Positions 11,859 to 21,815 of a stretch of DNA of 64,000 nt are shown here, piece by piece; the first letter of the stretch is position 1; every line of letters starts with the position of its first letter. The notes under the pieces are model-generated. The model saw only the letters and a list, made by a program, of their open reading frames with translations, searched no databases and was not told the DNA's origin. Origin of the DNA: Terriglobia bacterium (lineage in GTDB: Bacteria; Acidobacteriota; Terriglobia; JAJPHL01; JAPKYU01); NCBI GenBank assembly GCA_965206645.1, contig CBDBKE010000002.1:448001-512000 (forward strand), given 5' to 3'. Made by a program: the position numbers and the translations under genes.

Positions 11859-13286
11859 TTACTGAGCGCCCCGCAACCACTCACCAACGGCGCGATCCAT
11901 CTCTGGATAGTCCAGGCGGTAGACAGATTGCAGCGCCGCCTCTACCGGTCGCCCCTCTGCCAGGCGGTTGAGCAGCCGCTCCAGTTCGTGCATGCCGTAG
12001 CGGCGGACCAGGAATTCGACGGCGGCCAGCGACTGGGCGTAGGCCACGGAGGCCATGCCCGGACCCAGGTGGACGAAAGACTCTTCAAGCCCTGGCCATG
12101 GAAGCAGCTGGTGCGCCATCCGCAATTCGGCCAGGCGCCGGTTCTCCCTCACGCTCGCTCCCTCCAGCACCTGCGCCAGGCCCTCATTGAGCCAGGCGGG
12201 ACACTGCCCCTCGGTTTTAGCCCAGACCAGGGAATGCACCAGTTCATGTTTGAGCACCGACGAGAGTTGGGATGTGACACCGGAGAGGCCCTCGACCGGA
12301 ATACGCATTCGTCCGTTGTTCAGAGCGCCTGCCCAGGCGGGGGCGCGGGTCACATCCCGGAATGCCTGGTCGGTATACAAGATGACAACGATGGGTGCGC
12401 GCAAGGAAGCGTCCAGTTGGCGGTCCAGCTCCTGGTAGTGTCGTTCCAGCACTTCCAGGATTTCCCGGCGGAAGGTGGGAGCCACCTGCCGCCCCTCAAA
12501 CCGCAAGGTGAAGTGGCCGCTGGAGGTCTGCTCATAGTGAGTTTCAGCCACAGTTTCGCGCTGGGCGCGCTCCAGCATGCGCTGGACATCGCTGTCCGGG
12601 GCCAGCGACAACGACTTTCGCCATGCGCGAATGGCGTCATCCGTGCGGTCCGAAAAGTACTCGGCAAACCCCAAGAACTTCCAGACCTGTGGAGAGTTGG
12701 GAGCGACCAGGCGGGCCCGCAGCAGCCACTCGCGCGCCGCCTGGTATTGCTGCTTGTGGAGTAACAGGGCACCGTGGGCCACCGTCAGGTGTGGATTCCC
12801 GGGAAATGACGAGACGCCCTGTCGCGCCAGCGCCAGGGCGGCATCGGTGCGGCCGAGGCGCATTTCGTACTCGATGGCTGCCAGGAAAACGGTGGCCAGC
12901 CTGCGCCGACCCGCATCGTCCAGGTTTGGGTCCAGGTTTGACTGGCGGGCGAGCGCCTCCAGGTACTCATGGTCTAGCTCGCCACCGGGCAGCACCGGCG
13001 CCTTGCCAGGCGCCGGAGGGAGCGGTATCGGTGGCAGCGGCGTTGAGGTCGCGCGCCGCGGGGCCGCAGATCTCGCGCGACTGCCTTGTTTTTCAATACG
13101 CGCCACCAACGACCGGGGCAAGGCATAGGTTCCCGCCTCGGTCTCATAGGAAACTCGTGAGCCTTCCTCGCGGACAGAGTTGGCAACGATGCGTCTTCCA
13201 TTCTTCAGGATGATGGTGTCGGCTGCTGTCGGCAGCGCCGCCAGCCCCAACAACAGCCAGACCAACCCTGGTTGCGGTAAACGCAT
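11859..13286 (-). CDS. Secreted TPR-repeat protein with peptidase MA-like domain
   Basis: Signal peptide, ADTIILKNG N-domain, TPR helices, HELVH...PAWLNEGLA. Confidence 0.85.
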   Translation of the reverse strand: MRLPQPGLVWLLLGLAALPTAADTIILKNGRRIVANSVREEGSRVSYETEAGTYALPRSLVARIEKQGSRARSAAPRRATSTPLPPIPLPPAPGKAPVLPGGELDHEYLEALARQSNLDPNLDDAGRRRLATVFLAAIEYEMRLGRTDAALALARQGVSSFPGNPHLTVAHGALLLHKQQYQAAREWLLRARLVAPNSPQVWKFLGFAEYFSDRTDDAIRAWRKSLSLAPDSDVQRMLERAQRETVAETHYEQTSSGHFTLRFEGRQVAPTFRREILEVLERHYQELDRQLDASLRAPIVVILYTDQAFRDVTRAPAWAGALNNGRMRIPVEGLSGVTSQLSSVLKHELVHSLVWAKTEGQCPAWLNEGLAQVLEGASVRENRRLAELRMAHQLLPWPGLEESFVHLGPGMASVAYAQSLAAVEFLVRRYGMHELERLLNRLAEGRPVEAALQSVYRLDYPEMDRAVGEWLRGAQ

Positions 13287-13390
13287 CCTGCCATTTTACA
13301 CACTGCGGCAGAGGTTCGTGGGTGAGGCGATTGGTCTACTAGTTCCTTATTTGTCAAGTACCTTGACTTGTGTTCAAATAGTCGGCCACG

Positions 13391-13932
13391 ATGAAGCGGG
13401 TTGCTGGTTGGGCCTTTCTTCTGGTTGCCTTCCTGTGTGTTTGCGGTCATGCAGGGAACCGCCCGGCCCTTCAGGTGCTGGGAACGATCCGCAAGGCGCG
13501 CCTAGATCCCACGAAGCTCTATCGGGTTCACGAGGCCGCGATCTACCGCGAAGACCTGCGCATCTACCTGACAGAAGGCGCGTTGGCGTTTCTGCAGCCT
13601 GTCGAGGGGCGGGTGACGGGAGCGGTCTTTTTCGGCGAAGGCGAGCTCCTGTTGATCCCGCCTGACCCGGTCGAGAAGGGAAGCCTGGCGCGCTTTACCG
13701 GGGTACCCTTGCTCAACGAGAAGTTTTCCAGCGCGCTGTTCCGATTCACCGACGACACCCATGAGCGCCTGCTGGAATCCATTGCCCATCAGGATAGTGC
13801 CGAGCCACTGGAGGACCTGCGATTAGCGGAGACGTGGAATCCAGTGGTGGCCAATCTGAACGCCTCATACGAGATGCGCGTGCTAACCGACCTGCTGGCG
13901 GAGGAACCGGTGCCTTTCTTTGCAGGCCGCTT
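13391..13932 (+). pseudogene. N-terminus of a secreted protein (possibly M1-aminopeptidase type), truncated by an IS3 end
   Basis: Signal peptide, GAVFFGEG motif; frame runs into the IS terminal repeat at 13933. Confidence 0.55.
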
Positions 13933-13999
13933 TGACCAGACCGATTTTTTGTACCAACCGTAGTGAGAGTTCACATCGCAGCCTGGGGCTGTGAGACCG
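13933..13999 (-). mobile_element. IS3-family right-end (IRR) remnant
   Basis: TGACCAGACCGATTTTTTGTACCAAC; ~67 bp similar to the reverse complement of 16518-16584. Confidence 0.75.
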
Positions 14000-14863
14000 C
14001 ATTCTCCGCCACGCTCTGGCGAGTGCAGCCACTCGACTTCCGCCACTCATAACGGCCCTGCGTCCTAATACGCCGGAGATGGGTATCACGCATCGCACGC
14101 CACGGAGGCGGATGAGAGTCTCGGCTGCATCGTGCATTGCGTCGCGGCAAGATCGTCACGATAGCGTCGTGCTGGAGCACGGCCTCGTAGCAGGAACCCG
14201 TGTCGTAGGCCCGGTCTGCGGAGACTTGCCCGATCGAACCAGGAGTCTTAGACAGCAACGAAGAGAGCCTTCGGGCGTCGTGGACGTTGCTCGCAGTCAG
14301 GTCCATCGCAACGATCTCTTTCGTCGTCTCATCGACGCCTAGGTGGAGCTTTCGCCATGTCCTACGGCGGAGGGTTCGGTGTTTTCTGATGTGCCACTCA
14401 CCGGCTCCGTAGATCTTCAGGCCCGTCGAATCGATGACGACATGTCGTGGTCGATCCGTGGGCCGCACACTCAGTCGGACGTCGACGGCGCTTTGCCTTC
14501 GGCTCACCGTGCTGTAGTTGGGCACTGGGAGGTCGAGAGCCATGAGCGCCACGATGGATTGAAGGAACCCTTGAGTGGTCCGTAGGTTGAGGTGAAACAC
14601 CGAATTCAGGACCAGCGCACATTGGATCGCCGCATCTGCGTAGACCTTGGGCCGGCCTCGCCCTTCGAAGGGTCCTGGATGACGCCAGGCAGCGACTGCC
14701 TCCGTGTCGAACCACAGTGTCAGCTGCCTACGTTTCACCAGAGCCCGGTTGTACTCCGGCCAGTTGCGAACCTTATATCGGAAGGTGTAGTCGCTTTTGC
14801 CCATCCCCTAGCCTATCAGGAGGGAGAGCGTTGGGGATGGAGTCAGATTTCTGCAACAACGCC
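13991..14863 (-). mobile_element. IS5-family (IS903 group) element, 3' truncated; transposase ORF 13971-14804
   Basis: YKVRNWPEYNRAL, IDSTGLK, WRKLHLGVD, ADRAYD; IRL GGCGTTGTTGCAGAAATC resembles the IS903 IR. Confidence 0.88.
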
Positions 14864-15069
14864 GCTTGGCGCTTCCATGTGCTCACCTGGTTCGGATGCA
14901 CCTGGTGCTTCGAGGCAATCTCCTGCAGCGTCCGGTCGCCCCGCAGCGCTTCCAGTGCCACCTTCGCTTTCAAATCACCAGAAAACCTGCGTCTCCTCCT
15001 CATCGCATATCCCTCCTCAGTCGGTGGAATACACCTTAAACGTTTGTCCGATTTTCCGGGGCCACCTCA
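14864..15069 (-). mobile_element. IS3-family remnant (IRL plus orfA start), cut by the IS903-like element
   Basis: TGAGGTGGCCCCGGAAAATCGGACA end; MRRRRRFSGDLKAKVALEALRG HTH. Confidence 0.8.
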
Positions 15070-15097
15070 GATTGCTATTCCCACTCAAGGGCCTATA

Positions 15098-16492
15098 GAG
15101 TCTGTGTGAAAGCCGCTCTTGCGAGTCACGTATAATGCGCCTTAAGGAGGCGCGATGAAATTCTTGACCTACAACCCGGAGCAAGCGTATCTGCTGCCGC
15201 CCAGCGTGCGGGAGGTGCTGGGAGAAGATCACATCTGTTTTTTTTGTGCACCAAGTTGTGGAGCGGCTGGAACTGAGTGCGTTTGAGCAGGGCTAGGTGG
15301 AAGAAGGCCGCCCGGCCTATCATCGGGCGCTGTTGCTGAAGGTGTGGCTGTATGCCTACGCGCTGGGCGTGACCTCGGCCCGCCGTCTGGAACAGCGGGT
15401 GCGGGAGGACCTGGCGTTCCGTTATCTGGCGGCCGGAGCGGGGCCGGACTTTTGGACGCTGAACCAGTTTCGGACGCGGCACGCCCGTGCCCTGAACGAT
15501 CTGTTCACACAGGTGGTGGAGTTGGCGCGGTCGCTGGGAATGGGGCGGCTGGGACACGTGGCCATGGACTCGACGCGGGTGGCGGCCAACGCCTCGCGGG
15601 ACCGGGTGGAGACGGTGGCCAAGTTGCGGGCAGAGCGAGCCAAAATTCGGCGGCAGATTCGTCGCTGGCAGAAACAATGTGACGCGCAGTCCTGCGAGGA
15701 AGCGGCTGGCCGGCAACTGAGCGGCAAGCAGATGGCAGCGCTGGAGAAGCGGCTGGAAGAAATCCCGCGATGCCTGGAGCGGTTGCGCAAAAGCGGGCTG
15801 AAGCGGCGTTCGGAAACCGATCCCGACAGCCGGTTCTTGCGCGACCGCAAGGGATTCACGCTGGGTTACACGGCGGAGGTGGCGGTCAGCGAAGATCATC
15901 TGATTGTCGAGCAGCGCGTGGGGCAAAACGCCACCGACAACGCGACGCTGGTCCCTCTGGTGGAGGCGGTCGAGCGACGCTGCCGGGAACGCCCGCAGAA
16001 GGTCAGCGCCGACAGCGGCTTCTTTTGCTTGGAGACCATCGTGGAACTGGCCCAGCGTGGCCTGGACGTCTATGTGCCCGACTCGAACTTGGCGCGGGAA
16101 CTGAACCGAGGCCAACGCGCGCCCGGAGCACCTGCTGTACGGCATCCGGAACACCGGCGAATGCGACGCAAGCTGCGCGACCCGGCCGGCCGGGCGGTTT
16201 ATCAGCGGCGCAAGGCGATCGTGGAACCAGGGATCGGGGTTTTGAAAGAACAGCGTGGAATGCGGCAGTTCCGGCGGCGGGGCCTGGGGAAGGTCGCGGT
16301 GGAGTTCGCGCTGGCCGCAACGGCCTTCAACCTCACCCGCCTGTGGCGCAACAAACCGAAGCTAGATCAGGAAGGCTAGTTCGGCAGACTCCCGGACCGG
16401 CGACTCGGCGAAGATCGAAACACCAGAATTCTGGAGCGGATCATGATCTCTTTTGATTTCCAGCCAGCTAAACCGAGTTTCCACACAGGCTC
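15098..16492 (+). mobile_element. IS1182-family element with inactivated transposase
   Basis: IRs GAGTCTGTGTGAAA / TTTCCACACAGGCTC, flanking TATA duplication; transposase from ATG 15155 has a frameshift in a T8 run (~15238-15245) and TAG at 15294; GRPAYH, PDFWT, TDPDSR, SADSGF. Confidence 0.88.
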
Positions 16493-16517
16493 TATAGCCC
16501 GTTCCTACTACCAAAAC

Positions 16518-16584
16518 CGGTTTCACGGCCCCAGGCTATGATGTAGACTCTCACTGCTGTTGGTACAAAAAATCGGTCTGGTCA
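16518..16584 (+). mobile_element. IS3-family right-end (IRR) remnant
   Basis: Ends GTTGGTACAAAAAATCGGTCTGGTCA. Confidence 0.75.
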
Positions 16585-16643
16585 CCCGGTAGGAGGGGAG
16601 GCGCACCCGATTTTGTGCGTAATTGTGCAGCAAACGGGTTCCT

Positions 16644-16877
16644 ATGGCTTTTCGCTTCACTGATCTGATCCGGCGGGACATGATTGTGCGGGACGCCCAT
16701 AACCGCTACCCGCAGACCGAAGAGGTTTTCGAGCGGTTTCGTGTACGCCCGTCCTGCTGGGATTGTTCCATGACTGAGGTTGCCCACCGCAGCGGTGTCA
16801 GCGTCGAGGATTTGCTCGATGCCCGGAATGAAGTTGTCTTTCCGCGGAACTCCGGCGAGCAGGAAAAACAGGGCTAA
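16644..16877 (+). CDS. Small CxxC protein, DUF1858/ScdA-N-like
   Basis: DMIVRD...YPQTEEVFERF...CWDC...SGVSVEDLL. Confidence 0.65.
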   Translation: MAFRFTDLIRRDMIVRDAHNRYPQTEEVFERFRVRPSCWDCSMTEVAHRSGVSVEDLLDARNEVVFPRNSGEQEKQG

Positions 16878-17064
16878 GCCGTGAACTCGGTTTTTGCAAG
16901 GGCAGCCGGCGAAGGCAGCTCGAAGTGGTCTGCGCTTCGAGGGTCAGTATCGGCGCCTACCTGTCGCCGTGTCGTTCTCCCAAACCAGACCGGTTCAATG
17001 TGAGGTTGACGCCAAGAAGGATCCGTACAAGCGCTCACACACCACAACCCCACTAGCGCACGAA

Positions 17065-19386
17065 ATGGCCCAGGACAAACTAGGATTCGATCGATTGACG
17101 CGCCGCGAGTTGTTTTGGAGGCTGAGTTTGCCCGCCAGCGTAGCTCTCGTGGGACCGCTCGCGGGCTGCTCCGGCCTATGGGAGCGCAGGCCTGCCGTTC
17201 CCGTGCACGCTTGGCACAAGGGTGTCTGTCGCTTCTGCGGGACCGGCTGTGGGATCCAAATCGGTGTGCGCGACGGCAAGGTGGTGGATGTCAAGGGCGA
17301 TGAGTATGCCCACAACAAGGGTCGCCTCTGCATCAAGGGCATCCTGAACCGTGACATCCTCTATACCCGGGACCGAGCCCTGTATCCGATGGTGCGGAGG
17401 AACGGCGAGCTACAACGAGTGAGCTGGCAGGAGGCGATGACTCTGGTGGCAGAGCGCTTCCGCCACACAATTGACCGCTTCGGCCCCGACAGCGTCGCGT
17501 TTTATGGGAGCGGGCAACTCTTCACGCAGGAAAGTTACACGGCCAACAAGCTTTTCAAGGCAGGAATCGGTACGAACAACGTAGATGGCAATCCGCGGCT
17601 TTGCATGGCCTCGGCGGCGGCCGGTTACGTATCGGTCTTCGGTAAGGATGAACCCATGGGTTGCTACGAGGACCTGGATGCCGCCGACTGCTTCTTCATC
17701 ACCGGATCCAACATGGCCGAGTGCCATCCGGTTCTTTGGGAGCGGGTCCAGGACCGAAAGCGCAGCCGGCCCGAAACCTTCATCATCGTGGTGGACCCAC
17801 GAAGAACAATCACCGCCAGCCGGGCTGACTTGCACCTCCCTATCCGTCCCGGCACCGACGTGGCTCTTTATAATGCCATGATCCACGAGTTCATTCGCCT
17901 GGGGTTCATCGATGCCGACATGGTTGAGAACTACCTGACCTTCCAGTCTGGAGACGCGAGCCGCAGCTACTCTGACTTGAAGAGGCATGTCGGTCAGTAC
18001 GCGCCTGGACGGGTGGCGAGCATCTGCGGTCTGAGTTCCAAGGACATCAGCGAAGCAGCCTTTCGGTTTGCCTCCTCCAAGGCGACGATGTCTCTATGGA
18101 CCATGGGGCTGAACCAACAGTCGCAAGGGACCGCCGCCAATCGGCTGGTGATGGCGATGCATCTTTTGACCGGACAGATCGGCCGACCGGGCGCAACCCC
18201 TTTCTCGCTAACCGGCCAGCCGAATGCCGGTGGAGGGGTGCGCGATACAGGCACGCTGGCGCATGCGCTGCCGAACGGGCGGGCTGTGACCAACCCCAAG
18301 GACCGGCACGAGATGGAAGATCTCTGGGGTGTTGCACGCGAGCGTATCAGCGCAAAGCCGGGCTATCACGCGGTAGCTCTTTTCGAGGCGATGGAACGGG
18401 GCGATGTAAAGTGCTGCCTGGTGATGGCCACGAATCCTGCGCAGTCGCTCCCCAACGCCGACCGCTATCGCCGGGCCATGCAGAAGACATTCCTCGTGGT
18501 GGCCGATACCTTTCATCCCACCGAGACTACGCAGTTTGCCGACGTGGTCTTGCCGGCAGCGCTGTGGGCGGAAAAGGAGGGCGTCTTCAGTCAATCCGAG
18601 CGCCGCTATCACCTTGTACCGAAGGTGGTGGAGCCGCCGGGAGAGGCACGCAGTGACCTAGAGATATTGGTAGAACTTGCAGACCGCTTGAACCTTGGGG
18701 AGCTAATCTCGGCACGCACGCCCCGGGACGTCTGGGAAGAGTGGCGGGTAATCTCAGCTCACTCAAAGTACAACTTCTCTGGCATCACGTACAAACGTCT
18801 CCAAGAAGAGCGAGGCTTGCGTTGGCCGTGTCCCTCCGAAGCCCATCCCGGCACATGCCGCCGCTACTTGCCCGGCGAAGACCCCCTAGCTCGCCGAGAC
18901 GGGCGCTTCGACTTCTACGGACGACCCGACGGCAGAGCCGTCATCTGGCTGCACCACCAGGAGGAACCGAAGGACCCACCCACGGACGATTTCCCCCTGG
19001 TTCTCACCACGGGGCGGATCTTGGAGCACTGGCACACCATGACCATCACAGGCAGAGTAGCCGCGCTAGACGGTATCCGGCCCAATTTTCTCGAGATTCA
19101 TCCGCAGGACGCTCATCCCCTTGGTATCGAGGAGGGAGCGGAAGTTGTTGTGCGAAGCCGACGAGGACAGGCGGAGTTCGTCGCCCGACTAACAGGCACA
19201 ATTCGCCCGGGTGTTGTCTTTGCTACGTTCCACTCGGCGCGTCACTTGGTAAACGTAGCAACCAACGATGTGTACGATCCCATTTCCAAGCAGCCGGAGT
19301 ACAAGCTATGTGCCGTCTCCGTCCAACGGAAAGTGCCCCGTGGCGCGGGGTATGAAAACGGTGAGGGCCAACCAGAAGCGGGTTGA
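17065..19386 (+). CDS. napA: Periplasmic nitrate reductase catalytic subunit (Mo-bis-MGD, 4Fe-4S), Tat lipoprotein
   Basis: LTRRELF Tat motif, LAGC lipobox, CRFCGTGC...KGRLCIKG, RLCMASA, SLTGQPNA; start placed at ATG 17065 rather than 16894. Confidence 0.85.
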   Translation: MAQDKLGFDRLTRRELFWRLSLPASVALVGPLAGCSGLWERRPAVPVHAWHKGVCRFCGTGCGIQIGVRDGKVVDVKGDEYAHNKGRLCIKGILNRDILYTRDRALYPMVRRNGELQRVSWQEAMTLVAERFRHTIDRFGPDSVAFYGSGQLFTQESYTANKLFKAGIGTNNVDGNPRLCMASAAAGYVSVFGKDEPMGCYEDLDAADCFFITGSNMAECHPVLWERVQDRKRSRPETFIIVVDPRRTITASRADLHLPIRPGTDVALYNAMIHEFIRLGFIDADMVENYLTFQSGDASRSYSDLKRHVGQYAPGRVASICGLSSKDISEAAFRFASSKATMSLWTMGLNQQSQGTAANRLVMAMHLLTGQIGRPGATPFSLTGQPNAGGGVRDTGTLAHALPNGRAVTNPKDRHEMEDLWGVARERISAKPGYHAVALFEAMERGDVKCCLVMATNPAQSLPNADRYRRAMQKTFLVVADTFHPTETTQFADVVLPAALWAEKEGVFSQSERRYHLVPKVVEPPGEARSDLEILVELADRLNLGELISARTPRDVWEEWRVISAHSKYNFSGITYKRLQEERGLRWPCPSEAHPGTCRRYLPGEDPLARRDGRFDFYGRPDGRAVIWLHHQEEPKDPPTDDFPLVLTTGRILEHWHTMTITGRVAALDGIRPNFLEIHPQDAHPLGIEEGAEVVVRSRRGQAEFVARLTGTIRPGVVFATFHSARHLVNVATNDVYDPISKQPEYKLCAVSVQRKVPRGAGYENGEGQPEAG

Positions 19387-19400
19387 GAGGTAGGGTGGGT

Positions 19401-20075
19401 ATGCGTCTAACCACGTTTGTGGTGTTCGCTTCCGAAAGGGCTAGGGACGCGGAGCAAGCGCTGTCGGCGGGAGAATTCACGCGCGGCCTGGGGCTGGCAG
19501 CTGCTGTGGTCGCGATCGTCGCGCTGGTACTCATTGAGTTCGTCTACCGCAACCGCTTCAGGAGAGCCACATATCACTGGCTGCTGTTCCTGGGACTTTT
19601 GGTGCTTCCTGGCATCACTCTCATGAGCATGACCGCGATGGTTTCCGAGGAGACCAAGAAGGTTGGCGCTTGCGCCACCTGCCACGTCATGGACCCGTTT
19701 ATCAACGACATGAGAGATCCCTTCAGTGCAACTCTGGCGGCCCGCCATTACAAGAACAAGTGGGTCCCCGACCATCAGTGCTACATGTGTCACACGACCT
19801 ATGGAGCGCACGGCACGTTGGCAGCTAAGCGCGACGGCTTTCGCCACTGGTTGCTCTATGTAACAGCCACGTGGGAGGAGCCGATCCAGTACAGCGGCAG
19901 CTATCCGAATTCCAACTGCCTGACTTGTCACGAGGGAACGTCGAAGTTCGACAGGGGCAAGAGCCACCAGGCACTGGCCAAAGATCTGGTCCGCGACCGA
20001 GTGAGCTGCTCTACCTGCCACGGGCCGCCGCACCCTGTCCCAGGCGAACGCCTCTCCACCGCGAGACACCCATGA
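19401..20075 (+). CDS. NapC/NirT/NrfH-family tetraheme cytochrome c
   Basis: Two TM helices, four CxxCH motifs (CATCHVM, CYMCH, CLTCH, CSTCH). Confidence 0.85.
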   Translation: MRLTTFVVFASERARDAEQALSAGEFTRGLGLAAAVVAIVALVLIEFVYRNRFRRATYHWLLFLGLLVLPGITLMSMTAMVSEETKKVGACATCHVMDPFINDMRDPFSATLAARHYKNKWVPDHQCYMCHTTYGAHGTLAAKRDGFRHWLLYVTATWEEPIQYSGSYPNSNCLTCHEGTSKFDRGKSHQALAKDLVRDRVSCSTCHGPPHPVPGERLSTARHP

Positions 20076-20293
20076 TGACCCCTGAGGAGGCAACCGGCGT
20101 CAACACCTTGGTGCGCACAGCAGTGGCATGTGCGCTCATTGGCTTATTGAGTGTCTTGTTATTCCTGTGGAGTGGTTTTGCCCCTTGGAGTGTGGGTATG
20201 GGCGTCTTTTTCGGCGCGCCGCTATTGGTGATTGCCGTGATGCTCTACCTCATCGCCGTGGTGCGTGATCTTCGGCAGCGAGGAGTCTTATGA
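20072..20293 (+). CDS. Small two-helix membrane protein coupled to the cytochrome gene
   Basis: ATGA overlap with the upstream stop; two hydrophobic helices; 73 aa. Confidence 0.7.
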   Translation: MMTPEEATGVNTLVRTAVACALIGLLSVLLFLWSGFAPWSVGMGVFFGAPLLVIAVMLYLIAVVRDLRQRGVL

Positions 20294-20381
20294 CTCCTAG
20301 AGAACCGAACTCCCTTAGCACCCACTAGCTTCCAACTGACAGAGGCCAGACAGCACCAAAAGGAACGGGGTTAGTTCCTCA

Positions 20382-20543
20382 GGAGTCGGTCTGGGCGCCG
20401 CGACGGCGCTCTCGGGGCTACTGGTGCCTCACCTGTGCTTCCTCTACGACTACTCCTGGTTCGTCGGCTTTGCGGTCGCCTTCGCGTCCTACTACACCCT
20501 GATGCAGCGGCGACGGCGGCAGGAGCTGGCTGCGCATCAGTGA
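20382..20543 (+). pseudogene. C-terminal shard of an NCS1 nucleobase:cation symporter
   Basis: Not in the ORF track; reads ...LVPHLCFLYDYSWFVGFAVAFASYYTLM...*. Confidence 0.6.
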
Positions 20544-20583
20544 GCGTCTTGCAGCCGCTCTCGGCGAAGATGAGAGCGCTTTA

Positions 20584-21019
20584 TCAATCCAAGCGCTTTC
20601 GGAAGTGGAGAGAACTCAGGCCGAGCATGGTGACTCCGAAGACCAGTAGCGCCAGCATCTGCGGCCACAGCACCGCAATCTCGGTTCCTTTCAGGAAGAT
20701 GTTGCGGAAAATTTCCATGAAGTACCGAAGCGGGTCCAGATAGCTGAGTAGTTGCACCGGCACGGGCATGTTCCGGATGGGGAAGGCGAAGCCGCTGAGC
20801 ATAAAGGCGGGCATGAAAAAGAAGAACGAGGCCATCATCGCTTGCTGTTGCGTCTGGGAGATGGTGGAGAGGAACAGTTCGATGCCCAGCGTGGTCAGCA
20901 GGAACAGCATAGCGCTCGCGAGCAGCAGCAGCGGGCTGCCCCGGAAGGGAATGCGAAACAAGACCAGGGCAACCACCGTGACCAGGACAAGATCGAACAG
21001 ACCGACCAGGGCAAAGGGG
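20584..21019 (-). pseudogene. ABC-2 permease (YbhR/YbhS-like) C-terminal part, cut by IS3
   Basis: STISQTQQQAM, LSGFAFPIRNMP, PLRYF...FLKG. Confidence 0.85.
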
Positions 21020-21684
21020 TGACCTGACCGGCCCTTTTTGTACCAAGTGGAAAGAGAGAGAATCCACTTGAGGAGGAAGTCAGGTCATGCCAACCGGGAA
21101 TTACAAACCAGAGCAGATCGTAACGATCCTACGGCAGATTGAGGTGCAGATGGCGAACGGGAAGACCACGCCGCAGGCCTGCAAGGAAGCGGAGATCCAC
21201 ACGCAGACCTACTACCGGTGGCGGAAGGAATAGGGCGGGTTGAAACGAGAGCAAGCGAAACGGCTGAAGGAGTTGGAGAAGGAAAACGCTCGCCTGAAGC
21301 GGTTGGTGACGCAGTTGTCGCTGGAGAAGCAAGTATTGCAGGAGGTGGCGGAGGAAAACTTCTAAGCCCTGAGCGGCGGCGTTGTGCGGTGGGGCGTGCA
21401 CGGGAGCAGTATGGAATATCGGAACGGCATGGCTGCCGGCTGCTGGGGCAAGGGCGAGGGACACAACGGTATGAGCCGATGGATCGGCCCGACGAGGATG
21501 AGCTGACCCGAGCGGTGATTGAACTGGCGATGCAGTACGGGCGTTATGGCTATCGGCGCATCACAGCGCTGCTGCGGAATGGCGGCTGGCAAGTAGGCAA
21601 GGACCGGGTACAGCGAATCTGGCGGCGGGAAGGGCTGAAAGTGCCGCAAAAACAAGGGCCAAGAAGACGGTTGTGGTTCAACGA
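21020..21684 (+). mobile_element. IS3-family element, truncated and inactivated
   Basis: IRL TGACCTGACCGGCCC; orfA ATG 21087 with TAG at 21231; GGAAAAC frameshift site; orfB RYGYRRITALL cut at 21684. Confidence 0.88.
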
Positions 21685-21815
21685 GGTACTGTCAAGTTAA
21701 GCAGTTTGGCAGCATTTTCGCCGCCCGCCGCCACCGCTAAGTCATTGATTATCAGTCTCTGATCCAGCAGAATCCTTCCGCAAAACGCGCAGATTCTGCT
21801 CAACCTGACAGTACC
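21685..21815. mobile_element. 131-bp MITE
   Basis: Terminal IRs GGTACTGTCAAGTTAAGCAG / CTGCTCAACCTGACAGTACC (18/20), no ORF. Confidence 0.75.

Noticed and set aside
15238-15245. Programmed frameshift or phase variation at the T8 run in the IS1182 transposase
   Set aside because: A downstream TAG blocks the frame anyway; slippage mutation or homopolymer sequencing error is simpler.
16990-17030. FNR/CRP box upstream of napA
   Set aside because: Only half-matches (TGTGA, TTGAC) without the complementary half.
16894-17064. 57-aa N-terminal extension of NapA given by the ORF track
   Set aside because: The Tat motif should be near the N-terminus, so ATG 17065 fits better.
20281-20387. Possible ~95-bp MITE bounded by GACTCCT/AGGAGTC
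   Set aside because: Short imperfect IR, no TSD and a single copy; cannot be supported.
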